IMG/VR virus record: IMGVR_UViG_3300020430_000008
Span: 77,218-141,217 of that record
Length of the DNA: 64,000 bases
Direction: 5' to 3' (one strand)
From: a virus
In this document: positions 10,371 to 20,602 of the stretch, one piece after another
Position numbering within the stretch: position 1 is the stretch's first letter
Layout of the letters: each line of letters starts with the position of its first letter
Notes under the pieces: model-generated
The model's input: the letters and a program-made list of their open reading frames with translations, nothing else
The model's database searches: none
What the model was told of the DNA's origin: nothing
Translations under genes and position numbers: made by a program

Positions 10371-11342
10371 TTATAGTTCCTTTTCCCAACGTTGAATCAT
10401 GTCATCCAGAAGAGTTTCAAAAGTATATTCTGGCTCCCATCCAAGCACTTCTCTTGCCTTGGAAGAATCGCCCTTGAGGTACTTAAGCTCTTCGGGTCGC
10501 ATATACTTTGGATTCTGTACGACATAATCCTTGTAGTTCATTCCCAACTTAGTAAACACAATATCTACAAGATCTCTTACAGAATGTGTTTGACCAGTTG
10601 CAACAATAAATTCGTCTGGCTCATGATGATTTACAATCATGTGCATAGCACGAACATAATCTTTTGAGTGACCCCAATCTCGATACGAGTCAAGGTTACC
10701 CAACTCCAGCTTGTCTCTTAAGCCCTTCTTGATTTGCACTGCGGTCTTTACAACCTTATTAGTGACAAAGTTAGAACCGCGCCGTGGAGACTCATGGTTA
10801 AACAGAATACCGTTGCAGGCATGAAGCCCGTAGGCATGGCGGTAGTGCCTAACCAGATTGTACCCCATGACCTTGGCGCAGCCGTAAGGACTGACAGGGT
10901 TCATAGGGGTTGTGAGGCGTTGTACACCGTCTGCGTCCACTGAGTTGCCGAACATCTCGGACGAGCTAGCCTGATAGAAGCCAGCGTGAGGGCAGACAGA
11001 GCGGTACACCTCTAGCATATTCAACACACCCAAAGCATTTGTTTGGATAGTGAATGACGGCATGTCGAAACTGATTCGGACATGACTCATTGCGCCAAGG
11101 TTATAGATCTCATCAGGTCTAACCTCAGAAACAATACGGACTAAAGATGGATAGTCCAACAAGTCTCCGTAGTGTGTAGTGATTTGACCTTGAAGATGCT
11201 GGATACGGCTATCTTGGTTCTCCGCAACCGAAGAGCGCCGAATGATACCATGGACTTCGTAGTTGTTCTCTAACAGGTACTCAGACAGATAGCTACCGTC
11301 TTGTCCTGCGATTCCTGTGATTAGTGCTTTCTTTTTGCTCAT
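10371..11342 (-). CDS. gmd: GDP-mannose 4,6-dehydratase
   Basis: ALITGIAGQDGSYL, YQASSSEMFG, SPYGCAK, GILFNHESPRRG, RDWGH. Confidence 0.97.
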   Translation of the reverse strand: MSKKKALITGIAGQDGSYLSEYLLENNYEVHGIIRRSSVAENQDSRIQHLQGQITTHYGDLLDYPSLVRIVSEVRPDEIYNLGAMSHVRISFDMPSFTIQTNALGVLNMLEVYRSVCPHAGFYQASSSEMFGNSVDADGVQRLTTPMNPVSPYGCAKVMGYNLVRHYRHAYGLHACNGILFNHESPRRGSNFVTNKVVKTAVQIKKGLRDKLELGNLDSYRDWGHSKDYVRAMHMIVNHHEPDEFIVATGQTHSVRDLVDIVFTKLGMNYKDYVVQNPKYMRPEELKYLKGDSSKAREVLGWEPEYTFETLLDDMIQRWEKEL

Positions 11343-11986
11343 TTAAGTTCCTTGTAATATCCACCAACTGTGAATGAAGTTCCGCGAGTAGCAGACTTCT
11401 TCGCCTTTGATGGGTCGTATTTGCTAAGTGGTAAAATCCTGAAATCAAACGATACGCGGGTCTGATCCGTATCATTGATCATGTTGCCATGGCGACACTT
11501 GTTGCCATTAAAAATTGTAAACTCGCCTTGCGTCATTTCCATCGGCGCATAGTCGCCAAGACCCGGCACAGACTCTGCCCATGTTGCATTTGTGCCAAAC
11601 ATATCTGTCACAGCAATCTGAAAGTTAATCTCCCACTCGGGATGATTGTATACGGGCTGTGAATCATAATGAAACTCTGGCACTACCCAGTTGCCTACAA
11701 GGTGTACCCTAAATGTAGGTAGCGCTTGGTAGATGAAATCTCTGCTTCCAAAGATGGGCGCAACAATGTCAGAAACAAAACGGTCATATGTGTCAGTGAA
11801 GTCTTGCCACCCGCCACGAAGTTTATTATAAAAGCGATCATGCAACTCAGTATTAGAATTGTTGTCCATGGTAAACGGCTCATAAACATACTGCTCATGA
11901 AGCTTTTCTAAATCGCTATGACCAAGCGCTTGCTCAACTAACTCACGAAAATCATAAGAATGAGCATCGTACTTCTCTACTCTCAC
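11339..11986 (-). CDS. StrG-like 2OG-Fe(II) oxygenase-fold protein
   Basis: PTFRVHL, HxD (FHYD), HGN, TRVSFDFR. Confidence 0.7.
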   Translation of the reverse strand: MRVEKYDAHSYDFRELVEQALGHSDLEKLHEQYVYEPFTMDNNSNTELHDRFYNKLRGGWQDFTDTYDRFVSDIVAPIFGSRDFIYQALPTFRVHLVGNWVVPEFHYDSQPVYNHPEWEINFQIAVTDMFGTNATWAESVPGLGDYAPMEMTQGEFTIFNGNKCRHGNMINDTDQTRVSFDFRILPLSKYDPSKAKKSATRGTSFTVGGYYKELK

Positions 11987-12405
11987 TCAGGTTCCTCAAT
12001 ATAGGTCTTGTCTTTCTCAACACCGAAGTAGGGTCCAGTCTTGAACTCGTACAGTACAGTGTCGTCCTCAAGAACCTCAAAACTGTGTCCACCGCGAAAT
12101 ACAATTGCTGCATCTCCTGCGCCTAGCTCTGTTTCGTAAATCAGTCTGTCGTCAATGTCCCAGAAACGCGCAGCCACACGACCACTGAGAAACACCCACG
12201 CTTCCTGAGTAATGTCAGTGGTCCTCACAAGTTCATTGTGTCTGTGTGGAGCGAACGTAGTGCCCTTTGTAAGCTTCTTGGTCGCGCACTGCAGGTATTG
12301 ATCGTCAGGACTAAGATCAGCGCGGTTGGTGCCAATCTCATTAGCTCTGTTAATGACCAGAAGCATAACGCTCGGGTCTACTGCAGAATAAACATGCGTC
12401 ATCAT
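11983..12405 (-). CDS. WbuC-like cupin
   Basis: PHRH, TQE, GGHSF, EFKTGPY. Confidence 0.75.
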   Translation of the reverse strand: MMTHVYSAVDPSVMLLVINRANEIGTNRADLSPDDQYLQCATKKLTKGTTFAPHRHNELVRTTDITQEAWVFLSGRVAARFWDIDDRLIYETELGAGDAAIVFRGGHSFEVLEDDTVLYEFKTGPYFGVEKDKTYIEEPE

Positions 12406-13523
12406 TTTCTCCTGTAAAACTCTTTAATCACATCGCAAACATAATGAATCTGGTCTTGAGTCAATGCTGCGAATGAAGGCAAGCAAACACCATGGTCATA
12501 AGCATGCTCAGACACGTCAAAGTGTTCGCGGTTATGTCGAGGATCGTCAGCCCAAATGTCAAAGCATGGCTGCAAATGCAGCGGATAGAAAAAAGATCTT
12601 GGCTCAACGCCGTTCATCTTCATGAAACCCATCAAGTTTCTGCTGGGGTCTGACTTCTGTGTAGTTCTGAGTACTACGCGAAACGGAACGTAAGGCTCTA
12701 CGTTTTCCGCAGGACTAAGTAGCTCAATCTCTTCAACATCAGCCAACGCTTCCTTATAAAGATTATAATTTGTCTGCTTTTTTTGCACAATCTCTGGCAA
12801 CTTCTTCAACTGTGCCAGCCCGATTGCTGCTTGAATATCATTGATTCTAAAGTTGTAACCAATCGCTGGGTGTGTGAATGTTCCTCGATGCAGCCGACCT
12901 TGGTTTCTCAAAAGCAGAAGCTTGTTATATACCTCTTCATCATCAGTAGTGACAAACCCACCTTCACATGTAGTTAGAGTCTTATCAGCAAAGAAAGAGA
13001 ACGAACCAGTAGTACCAAAGCTGCCGCAACCCTTGCCATCCCAGTTGATGCTAAGAGCTTGTGCGGCATCCTCGATAACCATAAGGTCATGCTCTTTGGC
13101 ATACGCCATGATCTCGGTCATGTTAGCGGCAAAGCCAAAGATGTGTACGGGCATAATAGCCCTTGTCTTGTCGGTGCGTACACGCTCACATTCATCAATC
13201 TTCATTTGTAAGTCGTGACATCCAACGTCAGCAAATACGGGGCGGGCACCGACCATTTCGACGGCGTTAGCGGAGGCAATAAATGTGAAATCTGGCACAA
13301 TGACTTCATCGCCGGGACCAATGCCCATCGCCCGTAAAGCGAGATAAAGCGACAAAGTGCCGTTTGGAGCGAAAACACCGTATTTACTTCCAATTATTTC
13401 TAGCAATTTATCGCTAAACTCTGCTGCCTTCGGACCTTCTGTAATCCAGTTGTCCTCAAAACAGCTTCTAATAGCTTCATATTCTTCCATACCAACGTAT
13501 GGCATAAACTGTGGTACTCTCAT
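12402..13523 (-). CDS. DegT/DnrJ/EryC1/StrS PLP aminotransferase (perosamine-synthase-like)
   Basis: NGTLSL, TFIASAN, IEDAAQ, SFFADKTLTTCEGG, GYNFR. Confidence 0.93.
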   Translation of the reverse strand: MRVPQFMPYVGMEEYEAIRSCFEDNWITEGPKAAEFSDKLLEIIGSKYGVFAPNGTLSLYLALRAMGIGPGDEVIVPDFTFIASANAVEMVGARPVFADVGCHDLQMKIDECERVRTDKTRAIMPVHIFGFAANMTEIMAYAKEHDLMVIEDAAQALSINWDGKGCGSFGTTGSFSFFADKTLTTCEGGFVTTDDEEVYNKLLLLRNQGRLHRGTFTHPAIGYNFRINDIQAAIGLAQLKKLPEIVQKKQTNYNLYKEALADVEEIELLSPAENVEPYVPFRVVLRTTQKSDPSRNLMGFMKMNGVEPRSFFYPLHLQPCFDIWADDPRHNREHFDVSEHAYDHGVCLPSFAALTQDQIHYVCDVIKEFYRRK

Positions 13524-13984
13524 GTGCCGAACTCGTATCTATAGTTTGAAACAAAATCGCTGCAAACACCAAAGCAGCGCGATAACTCTACTTTAGAGTA
13601 TAACACGTTTTCTGGCATAACGCAAATAGTTTTCTCATTTAATGCGCTGCCGGGGTAAGCCCAGATGTGACCTGCAGAGGTTAATGTATAATCATCCTCT
13701 TGGTGCCAGAAGACTGTAAAGTCTTTTTGACCAACAAAATAGGAGTATGTAGCCAAGTCTTTTGCATGAATAAATAAACGGTCTTTTCTCTCTTCAAACC
13801 ATTCAATCGGCAACTTGTGTTCGCCATAGTCGTGACCCATGATGAACTCTCCAAGCATATTGCCATTTCTAACGTCTATTTCGGCGTAGAAGCCTTCTGA
13901 CAGGGCTTTGTCGATGTACTCGGGGCTATTCTCCAGTTCCGGCTTAGGACCGTCTGTATTGCCTCTGTGTGCGATATAAATCAT
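13520..13984 (-). CDS. GDPD/PLC-like phosphodiesterase-fold protein
   Basis: Start refined to MIYIAHRGN; EN, EIDV, GHD, GVCSD motifs. Confidence 0.75.
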   Translation of the reverse strand: MIYIAHRGNTDGPKPELENSPEYIDKALSEGFYAEIDVRNGNMLGEFIMGHDYGEHKLPIEWFEERKDRLFIHAKDLATYSYFVGQKDFTVFWHQEDDYTLTSAGHIWAYPGSALNEKTICVMPENVLYSKVELSRCFGVCSDFVSNYRYEFGT

Positions 13985-13985
13985 A

Positions 13986-14240
13986 TTACCTCTGTGGTAG
14001 GACAAATAGGTCAGGGTTGTAGCTTTCGGGTGGCAAACACTCGCAACTTGTAGCGGTGACCTCTTTAATACCCCGTGACGAACATGCAGCTTCGCATTCT
14101 TGAATAGTTTTTGCGTCGATGGTACAAGTAGAGAATAACATACCTGCAGCAATTGTTAAACAAATAAATGCTATTGACTTGCCAATAGCGTTAGCGACAG
14201 TCTGAATGAGCATTTTATCTTCGGGATGAGGCTCACTCAT
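13986..14240 (-). CDS. Small Cys-rich membrane protein or lipoprotein
   Basis: Hydrophobic helix, then CEAAC...SCEC; fills the gap between neighbours. Confidence 0.6.
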   Translation of the reverse strand: MSEPHPEDKMLIQTVANAIGKSIAFICLTIAAGMLFSTCTIDAKTIQECEAACSSRGIKEVTATSCECLPPESYNPDLFVLPQR

Positions 14241-14974
14241 TGAGTCAAGCCCCCGTGCAGACGGCGCACAAGTTGAAAATCTTCAATCTCCCAAAAATGA
14301 AACTTAAATTGGTCAAGCATGTTTTCCTTCTCGATGTGATATGGAATGACATCATGATTTGACATGCGACAGTTACCAACATAAATATATTCAGGCACTT
14401 TGCGAACAATCTCTCTTGTGCGATCCATAACTTCCGAGCCACCGAAGAGCCAGTATTCCAATACGCCCTCGACAGGCATGCCCTTATCGTTAAAAGTGTC
14501 AAAGATGGTGCCTTTCTCATGACGACCGCACCAAATAGAATCGCGATCAAACTGGCTAAAGTCCAATGGTCGTAACCATGCAACGTCAAACCTGCTAGTC
14601 ATGACGTAATCGTACTTGAAGCCGTGCTCCTTCTCGTAGTCACTCTTGAGGCGCAACACTTTATCATTAGAATACCATCGACTCATAATAGAATGAAAGT
14701 GACGCGGAACATCAGAATGCACCTTCTTATTGAATTTATTCGCCAAAGAATCAAAGTCAATCTGTTTCTGCACCATGTACTTCTTGGGATCATAAAATTC
14801 TACCAGTTCTTCCTCAGCCTCAGTGCTCCATGTGTGAAAAAACACATCGACGTTTTGACTAGGAAGGTTAATAATATTCTCCTTGAAGTGCGGCACAGCC
14901 AATTGCCAATCGACGGGAAAGCCCTTATCGTTCTTCCCACCAGCTAGTCCGTTGAAACACAATGCTATTCTCAT
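14237..14974 (-). CDS. Putative glycosyltransferase-like protein (MRIALC / DVFFHTW / YDYV..SRFD family)
   Basis: Motifs typical of polysaccharide-locus and viral proteins. Confidence 0.6.
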   Translation of the reverse strand: MRIALCFNGLAGGKNDKGFPVDWQLAVPHFKENIINLPSQNVDVFFHTWSTEAEEELVEFYDPKKYMVQKQIDFDSLANKFNKKVHSDVPRHFHSIMSRWYSNDKVLRLKSDYEKEHGFKYDYVMTSRFDVAWLRPLDFSQFDRDSIWCGRHEKGTIFDTFNDKGMPVEGVLEYWLFGGSEVMDRTREIVRKVPEYIYVGNCRMSNHDVIPYHIEKENMLDQFKFHFWEIEDFQLVRRLHGGLTQ

Positions 14975-15603
14975 CCTGCCCTCCTAATCAAGTCTGCAAC
15001 CAAACCATAGTTTACGTCTTGCCATCTCTTCACCTCATGCACAGAAGCGCCAGTTGCACGCGCTGCTTCCAAGCCGACCGCTGAGTCTTCAAAAATAATA
15101 CACTCTTCTAAATCACAACCAATGCGCGCCAACTGCATCAAAGCGCGGATATACGGCTCGGGGTGTGGCTTGGGGTTGACAACATCGCTATTGGTCACAA
15201 GCACGTCAAGATACTTCATGAAGTCCAGATGATCCAACAACATCCTTGTAGACTCGCCGTTTGCATTTGTGACGATGGCAATTTTCTTGCCGGCAGAAAC
15301 AAGAGAGTCAAACATTTGTCGCTTGTCAAAATAGTGTTGCGGATTCATTTGCAACATCAGTTCGTTGGCAACGCGCTTTTTCTCTTCGTAAATGCTCTCG
15401 ACCTGATCCATCGAGATGTGACCCTTATCGCAAAACTTGATAAGCTTAGCCTTGGTAGTGATAGTAGAATGCACAATGTCCAAGTCGCTAGGATGCCTAA
15501 CGTCGAAACCAAAGCGCCCAAGCGCACGTACAACAGAACGCACTTGGATGTCTGTGGTGTCTACAAGAACGCCGTCAAAGTCGAAGATGAAAGCCTTGTA
15601 CAT
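14971..15603 (-). CDS. HAD-family phosphatase (beta-PGM-like)
   Basis: FDFDGVL, VTN, KPHPEPY, FEDS..G; start refined to MYKAF. Confidence 0.9.
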   Translation of the reverse strand: MYKAFIFDFDGVLVDTTDIQVRSVVRALGRFGFDVRHPSDLDIVHSTITTKAKLIKFCDKGHISMDQVESIYEEKKRVANELMLQMNPQHYFDKRQMFDSLVSAGKKIAIVTNANGESTRMLLDHLDFMKYLDVLVTNSDVVNPKPHPEPYIRALMQLARIGCDLEECIIFEDSAVGLEAARATGASVHEVKRWQDVNYGLVADLIRRAG

Positions 15604-15604
15604 G

Positions 15605-16993
15605 CTACTCCTTTGGATGATGAGCCAAGTAGTGATTAAGATCCTCGGGCGTCCCAAGACCCCACATTCTGTCAATGTGGAATACCTTAATCTTTTGGTT
15701 GTCCTCACAAGCCTGATTATAAACAGGGCAAACGTAAAACTCGTTATTGGTGCGAATGTCGCGCTCGATCATTTCCTCAGCGTACTTGACATAATCAGAA
15801 CCCTTACGGAAGTAGTAAACTCCAGCAGTAGCAATGTTGCTGATTGGGTTTTTCTCTGCAACCTCTGTGACAAACCCATCCTCGCCCAGCTTCGCAAAGC
15901 TCCACTTAGGGTGAGTTGCCTCGAAAGTGAGAATACCGCCATCGACCTCATCAGCCACCATAGAGTACATAAACTCGTTGCTATCCCACTCAAAAACCTG
16001 ATCGGAGTTTGAGATAACCAAAGGCTCATCGTTATTGATAAACTCCTTTGCCAACAACGTAGTACATGCTGCACCCTCAGTGATGCCGTCTACTTGTACG
16101 ATAACACACTCTGGTGAGATGAGGTTTAATAACTGTTGTAGGTTATACTTCTCGTAGTGTGATTTCTGTACGATGTAAATGTGACGAGCCTCGATGTTTA
16201 GGTTCTCCGTCACCAGTTGAATCATTGGTTTGCCGTTAACATCGATAAGCGGCTTGGGGAAAGTATACCCCGCCTTCTCAAATCGACTTCCAGCACCAGC
16301 CATTGGAATTAATACATTCATTTTGCCTCCTTGCCATGGTGTAATAATTTTTTGAGATTTAAAGTTATGCTCAATAGCACCCTTGACCTTTTCGTATGTC
16401 ACATCGTCTGGGTTTCTCACAGCACACAAAGAAGCGCCTGAGCTTAGCGCAGCCTTGCGACCAATATGTGAGTCCTCAACGATGAGGGTGTACTTGGGAC
16501 CAATGCCAGCCTTAATCATGCACTTCAAGTACATCTCTGGGCTTGGCTTGGGATGCTTCACATCCTGATTGGAATAAATAAACTCAATGTATTCCAGCAG
16601 ACCCTTTTTAAGAAGCATCATCTTTACTGATTCTCTGATAGAGTTAGATGCACAGCAAATCCTGTGTCCGTCCTCTCTCAGCCTGCGCAGCACACTTCGC
16701 ATACGCTCGTCATATTCCATTTCTTCTGAAATGATCTTGTACGTCATTTCTTGCTTACGCTTCCACACAGTGTTGTGCAGTTCCTTGGGCAAGCCCTTAT
16801 TCTTTGTAAGCATGTTCAGCTTCTTTGACGTTGGCAATCCATCGTACGTTGACAGATGCTCTTGACGCTGCACGATGTACTTCTCATCGACTGTCGCAAG
16901 GGCACGGTTAAGCGCCTCATAGTGTAGCTCGCGAGCGTCAACAAGAACGCCGTCCAAATCAAAGATAACTAAGATTTCACTGTTATCTACCAT
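15605..16993 (-). CDS. HAD phosphatase fused to an NDP-sugar nucleotidyltransferase-like domain
   Basis: FDLDGVL, KPSPEMY, VEDS; then IPMAGAGSRF...PKPLI, EK..IS, EFYV, LGTPED. Confidence 0.9.
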   Translation of the reverse strand: MVDNSEILVIFDLDGVLVDARELHYEALNRALATVDEKYIVQRQEHLSTYDGLPTSKKLNMLTKNKGLPKELHNTVWKRKQEMTYKIISEEMEYDERMRSVLRRLREDGHRICCASNSIRESVKMMLLKKGLLEYIEFIYSNQDVKHPKPSPEMYLKCMIKAGIGPKYTLIVEDSHIGRKAALSSGASLCAVRNPDDVTYEKVKGAIEHNFKSQKIITPWQGGKMNVLIPMAGAGSRFEKAGYTFPKPLIDVNGKPMIQLVTENLNIEARHIYIVQKSHYEKYNLQQLLNLISPECVIVQVDGITEGAACTTLLAKEFINNDEPLVISNSDQVFEWDSNEFMYSMVADEVDGGILTFEATHPKWSFAKLGEDGFVTEVAEKNPISNIATAGVYYFRKGSDYVKYAEEMIERDIRTNNEFYVCPVYNQACEDNQKIKVFHIDRMWGLGTPEDLNHYLAHHPKE

Positions 16994-17706
16994 TATTGTC
17001 TTCCTAAAAATATTTTTTCAAGCCTGTGATTCTCTCGGTAACCCGGATCATAACAGTACCCTTGTAGGGAAAGCTTCGACAAGTCGTAGCCCTCCAAGTT
17101 TAAAACCATTCCCCAAACGCGCTCCATGGCTTCTGACTGCCTCTTGGTCGTCGGGCGCACCTTGTCGAAGCCTGCCGCCTTAAGCTTGTCCAGAACGCTT
17201 CTCTTGCACATAATCATGGGACCAAACAGTGCAGCGAAACGCATACCCATTTCTGGTCTGTATGTAGTCTTGGACAGCAACTGACTATTAGCCCAGTTGA
17301 GAGTTTCTGAAAATACGAAGCCATTGTCGCCGCTTGGGTGCTCTTGCGGTGTCCAGCCAAGACCATTCCACGAACGGAAGTAGCGAAGCGCAGTCACATC
17401 TGTCTCCATAAGATCAAGGATTCCGTCTTTAATCAGCATAGAATCATGAAGAAAATAATAAAAATCGTAATCAGGATACTTTTCGTAGGTATGCCAAATA
17501 TTTCCAGTTGTGAGGCTTTGATTGCCGATGTCCTCAACTTTTGCGCCAAACTTTTCGACTTGCTCATAATATGATTTATCCTCCGATGCACTGTCAACAA
17601 CATGAATAGGAGATTCAGGATGGTGCGCACGAATACTTTGCACGCACGGAATCACTACCGGGTTTGCCGGGTCGAATCTGCAAGTTATTGAAAAGAGATG
17701 CTTCAT
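16993..17706 (-). CDS. Putative glycosyltransferase-like (GT-A) protein
   Basis: IHVVDS, YYFLHDS, MERVWG; glycan-island context. Confidence 0.55.
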   Translation of the reverse strand: MKHLFSITCRFDPANPVVIPCVQSIRAHHPESPIHVVDSASEDKSYYEQVEKFGAKVEDIGNQSLTTGNIWHTYEKYPDYDFYYFLHDSMLIKDGILDLMETDVTALRYFRSWNGLGWTPQEHPSGDNGFVFSETLNWANSQLLSKTTYRPEMGMRFAALFGPMIMCKRSVLDKLKAAGFDKVRPTTKRQSEAMERVWGMVLNLEGYDLSKLSLQGYCYDPGYRENHRLEKIFLGRQ

Positions 17707-18614
17707 TTGTATTCGGGTGGTGCCGTGACTTCGATCAATTTGTTATAAAGTGCAGTTGCCTTGTCAGGACCAACGTTCATGATCTTAGTCAACATTGGGC
17801 GGTAGCGAGAACCATAAAATCCGTCGTTGCGCCATACACGCATAAGAATGCTGCCATCACGATCACGATAGATGCGCATCTGGTCTGGCATTCCGATACC
17901 CCAGCCGCGATTAGCACGACCAAGATCGTTGTCGTTATCCCACACATCGTTGACCTGTAGCTCATAACCGGCTCTGTTCGCCGTCAGACCCCACAGAGAC
18001 TGCTCGTTCAAGCCCTGTTCCATCATTGGGTTCTGGATAGTCTCAGCGTCTTGTGACACCTCGTAGATGTCCTCAATAACCTGCTGGTATGGACCGCCGG
18101 CTTGCCAACCAAGGATAGCAGCAAACACTTGAAACTTACCTCGCTCTTCCTCGGTCATGTTGATGCCCTTCCAGTAGTTCTCGCTGGTACGCCAATCATT
18201 TCGCCAGCGCTGATCAGAAGAGAAGAAAAGACCGTCGCGCTTGATGACCTCAAAAACCTTGCCAACGTTAGTAAACGGTGCAATCCCAGAATCAATCCAC
18301 AGAATGTTCTTGCCGTAGTCTTGAGCGTGCCTCACAGCGCCACACTTCCACACATGATTGCGGCTTTGGCTTGTTTGCTCATCAGTCATGCAGTCGGTAT
18401 AACCCTCGTACGGAACTTCGGGAAACTCAACCACCTGTGTCTTGGGGTAATCATTGATGATAGACTTTTCTTCATCAGTGAGCCCAAGATTGAAAACAAT
18501 AATCTGATCCACAACGTCATCTGAGAACGTCAGGATGTGTTCAATCATCGTGCGACCGGAAATAAAATATTCGCCCGAATTGTTGAATGCTGTTGCAATA
18601 ATATTTTCGTGCAT
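17703..18614 (-). CDS. Putative nucleotide-diphospho-sugar transferase (DUF1647/GT77-like)
   Basis: IATA, FNLGL, WK, ILWIDSG, EQSL; start refined to MHENII. Confidence 0.6.
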   Translation of the reverse strand: MHENIIATAFNNSGEYFISGRTMIEHILTFSDDVVDQIIVFNLGLTDEEKSIINDYPKTQVVEFPEVPYEGYTDCMTDEQTSQSRNHVWKCGAVRHAQDYGKNILWIDSGIAPFTNVGKVFEVIKRDGLFFSSDQRWRNDWRTSENYWKGINMTEEERGKFQVFAAILGWQAGGPYQQVIEDIYEVSQDAETIQNPMMEQGLNEQSLWGLTANRAGYELQVNDVWDNDNDLGRANRGWGIGMPDQMRIYRDRDGSILMRVWRNDGFYGSRYRPMLTKIMNVGPDKATALYNKLIEVTAPPEYK

Positions 18615-18615
18615 G

Positions 18616-18951
18616 TTACCCCTTGTATGCGCGGATAGAACTGATAAGTCCTTCCGAGTTAAATTCAATAATGTCAACAACCAGCAGCGGGTCTGACTCG
18701 GGAATCATAATCTCGATTTCTGCTGCAATCGTACGTGCATCTTCGTCGCAATGGAGCGCAATGATGCGTACAGCCAGAGCATCTACGTTATCAAATAACT
18801 GCTTGTTGGCATCTAGAACGACCATAGAGCCAACATAGGTGCCCTCCCAGTCGCGCAAATAAATGTTATTAGCGTACAACTCACGCAACGCATCCAGATC
18901 GCCTTCGCTGAATGCCTGAAAGTACGCAACGGTCTGATTGTATAAATCCAT
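18616..18951 (-). CDS. SnoaL/NTF2-like protein
   Basis: YFQAF..GDLDAL, VVDIIEF..EG.I..IRAY. Confidence 0.8.
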   Translation of the reverse strand: MDLYNQTVAYFQAFSEGDLDALRELYANNIYLRDWEGTYVGSMVVLDANKQLFDNVDALAVRIIALHCDEDARTIAAEIEIMIPESDPLLVVDIIEFNSEGLISSIRAYKG

Positions 18952-18952
18952 G

Positions 18953-19840
18953 TTAATACCTTTGACCCATTACGGTCTTGTTATCGTCTTCCCTTGGCTC
19001 CTTTCGGTTTGGTCCGACGATGGAATGAAATAAGTGTACCACAAAAGCACCCGGTGTGTCAACAAAGGGAATATTTTGAATACGTTGGGCTGCTTGTATG
19101 CCCCAGAAACTCAGATTCCAAGTGCGCTCTGGGTTTGAGCCTTTGAAATCAATCTCTGCAAAAGTCTTGCCATCCATATAGTGGCAGTTGAAATCAGAAC
19201 GGATAGTGTGCGACACAAACCTAACCCTAGGGTCAGTAGGCTTCTCGCAAATGCGAAGAGATTTGCCTAAGTCTTCGGGATCGCCATGCCAAACATTCTC
19301 AAGATATCTAAATTCATTAGTACCAAGCGAATCAGAATAATCACTTCCAAAATACCAAGTCTCTTCACACCTTGGAGTAAAACTTGCACGCATCAAATAT
19401 CTCATAATCTCATCTTTCTCAATATATTCTTTTGCGTTTGCTGTGGGTGCGGTAAAAATAAACTGACTATTTTCGTCTGTTGAGTTGTCAATGATGCCAA
19501 GACCTTGCATGAAGTTTCGTGATACTCCGTAATCTGACTTGAGCATCAACACTCTGCTTGGCTTTACCTCGGCGCAGTGGCTAGTTAGATACAGCATATC
19601 CTGCCCAAGAGTCTTTCCATCGCTCTTGGGCAGGATCTCAATCTTATCAAAATGGTGTCGAAGCCTATATTTGTCGATGAGACTGAGCAGTGTGTCATTG
19701 GATAGCTCATGTGGGTGCGTGTTGTAGATGTACATCACGTCAAACTTGTAATCGATGCTCTGGTTCGCCAAAGAGTCGAAACAAATATCAGCATGCCAAT
19801 GATCTAATGTTGCATGTGTGTTGAAATAACAGATTCTCAA
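18953..19840 (-). CDS. Hypothetical protein, possibly GT-A-like
   Basis: 295-aa ORF inside the glycan island. Confidence 0.55.
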   Translation of the reverse strand: MRICYFNTHATLDHWHADICFDSLANQSIDYKFDVMYIYNTHPHELSNDTLLSLIDKYRLRHHFDKIEILPKSDGKTLGQDMLYLTSHCAEVKPSRVLMLKSDYGVSRNFMQGLGIIDNSTDENSQFIFTAPTANAKEYIEKDEIMRYLMRASFTPRCEETWYFGSDYSDSLGTNEFRYLENVWHGDPEDLGKSLRICEKPTDPRVRFVSHTIRSDFNCHYMDGKTFAEIDFKGSNPERTWNLSFWGIQAAQRIQNIPFVDTPGAFVVHLFHSIVGPNRKEPREDDNKTVMGQRY

Positions 19841-20601
19841 AGTACCACCTCGTAGTAGTGTCCTTTAGGAGCGATAATCTTGTGGTCAAGCATTTCCTGA
19901 ATCGTTCCCTCGTCAAGAGGAAGCTGGAATGAGCTACGTTCAGGGTGCAGGCGAGCGCGAAGGTCGAGGATGTTGGGGCGTTTACCGCCCGTCATCGCAA
20001 CACCATCCATAATGTGCATGACATAGCGACGGTCAGTTGCCATGATTTGATAGCCGTCATTCTTTGACCGCTCGATACCCTTGACCTCATACTCCCAACA
20101 GTCTTCGCCGGGGATGAGGTACTTCATCAGGTAGTCCTTGTTCCAGATGTTAAAACGCAGAGCCAGCCTATAGCTTGCGTCTTGAGTTAATTCAATTATA
20201 TCATATCTGCCACAGTTTTCAACTAAATTATTGCTGCGCTGTGAAGGACCGGGAGTCAAGTCAACACGACCGATAGTAGGGCTCAGTCGAGCAACCAAAT
20301 CATCATATATCTCAGTGTCAAGAGGCTTCAAGAAAAACTCATTTTCCAGCATGTGAACAAAGTACTGATCCTCGATACCTTGAAAATAATCAATGTGATC
20401 GTTTGTCCAATACTTAAGACCGCGCTGTTCGCCAAGCGACACAAATTCATAGTTGTCTGGCAAATCAAAGTCGGGGTGATTGAATCCAATGATCTTCACT
20501 TGCTGTTCTGGTGACCAGAACTTGTTTAACAGAAAACTGAATGGTCGCAGAATGTGCAGATAATCATTTGATGTAAAAACATATACGTTAAGATTTGACA
20601 T
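19837..20601 (-). CDS. Putative glycosyltransferase-like protein
   Basis: KFW, W, LENEFF, IWNK.YL, WEYE pattern; start refined to MSNLN. Confidence 0.55.
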   Translation of the reverse strand: MSNLNVYVFTSNDYLHILRPFSFLLNKFWSPEQQVKIIGFNHPDFDLPDNYEFVSLGEQRGLKYWTNDHIDYFQGIEDQYFVHMLENEFFLKPLDTEIYDDLVARLSPTIGRVDLTPGPSQRSNNLVENCGRYDIIELTQDASYRLALRFNIWNKDYLMKYLIPGEDCWEYEVKGIERSKNDGYQIMATDRRYVMHIMDGVAMTGGKRPNILDLRARLHPERSSFQLPLDEGTIQEMLDHKIIAPKGHYYEVVL

Positions 20602-20602
20602 G

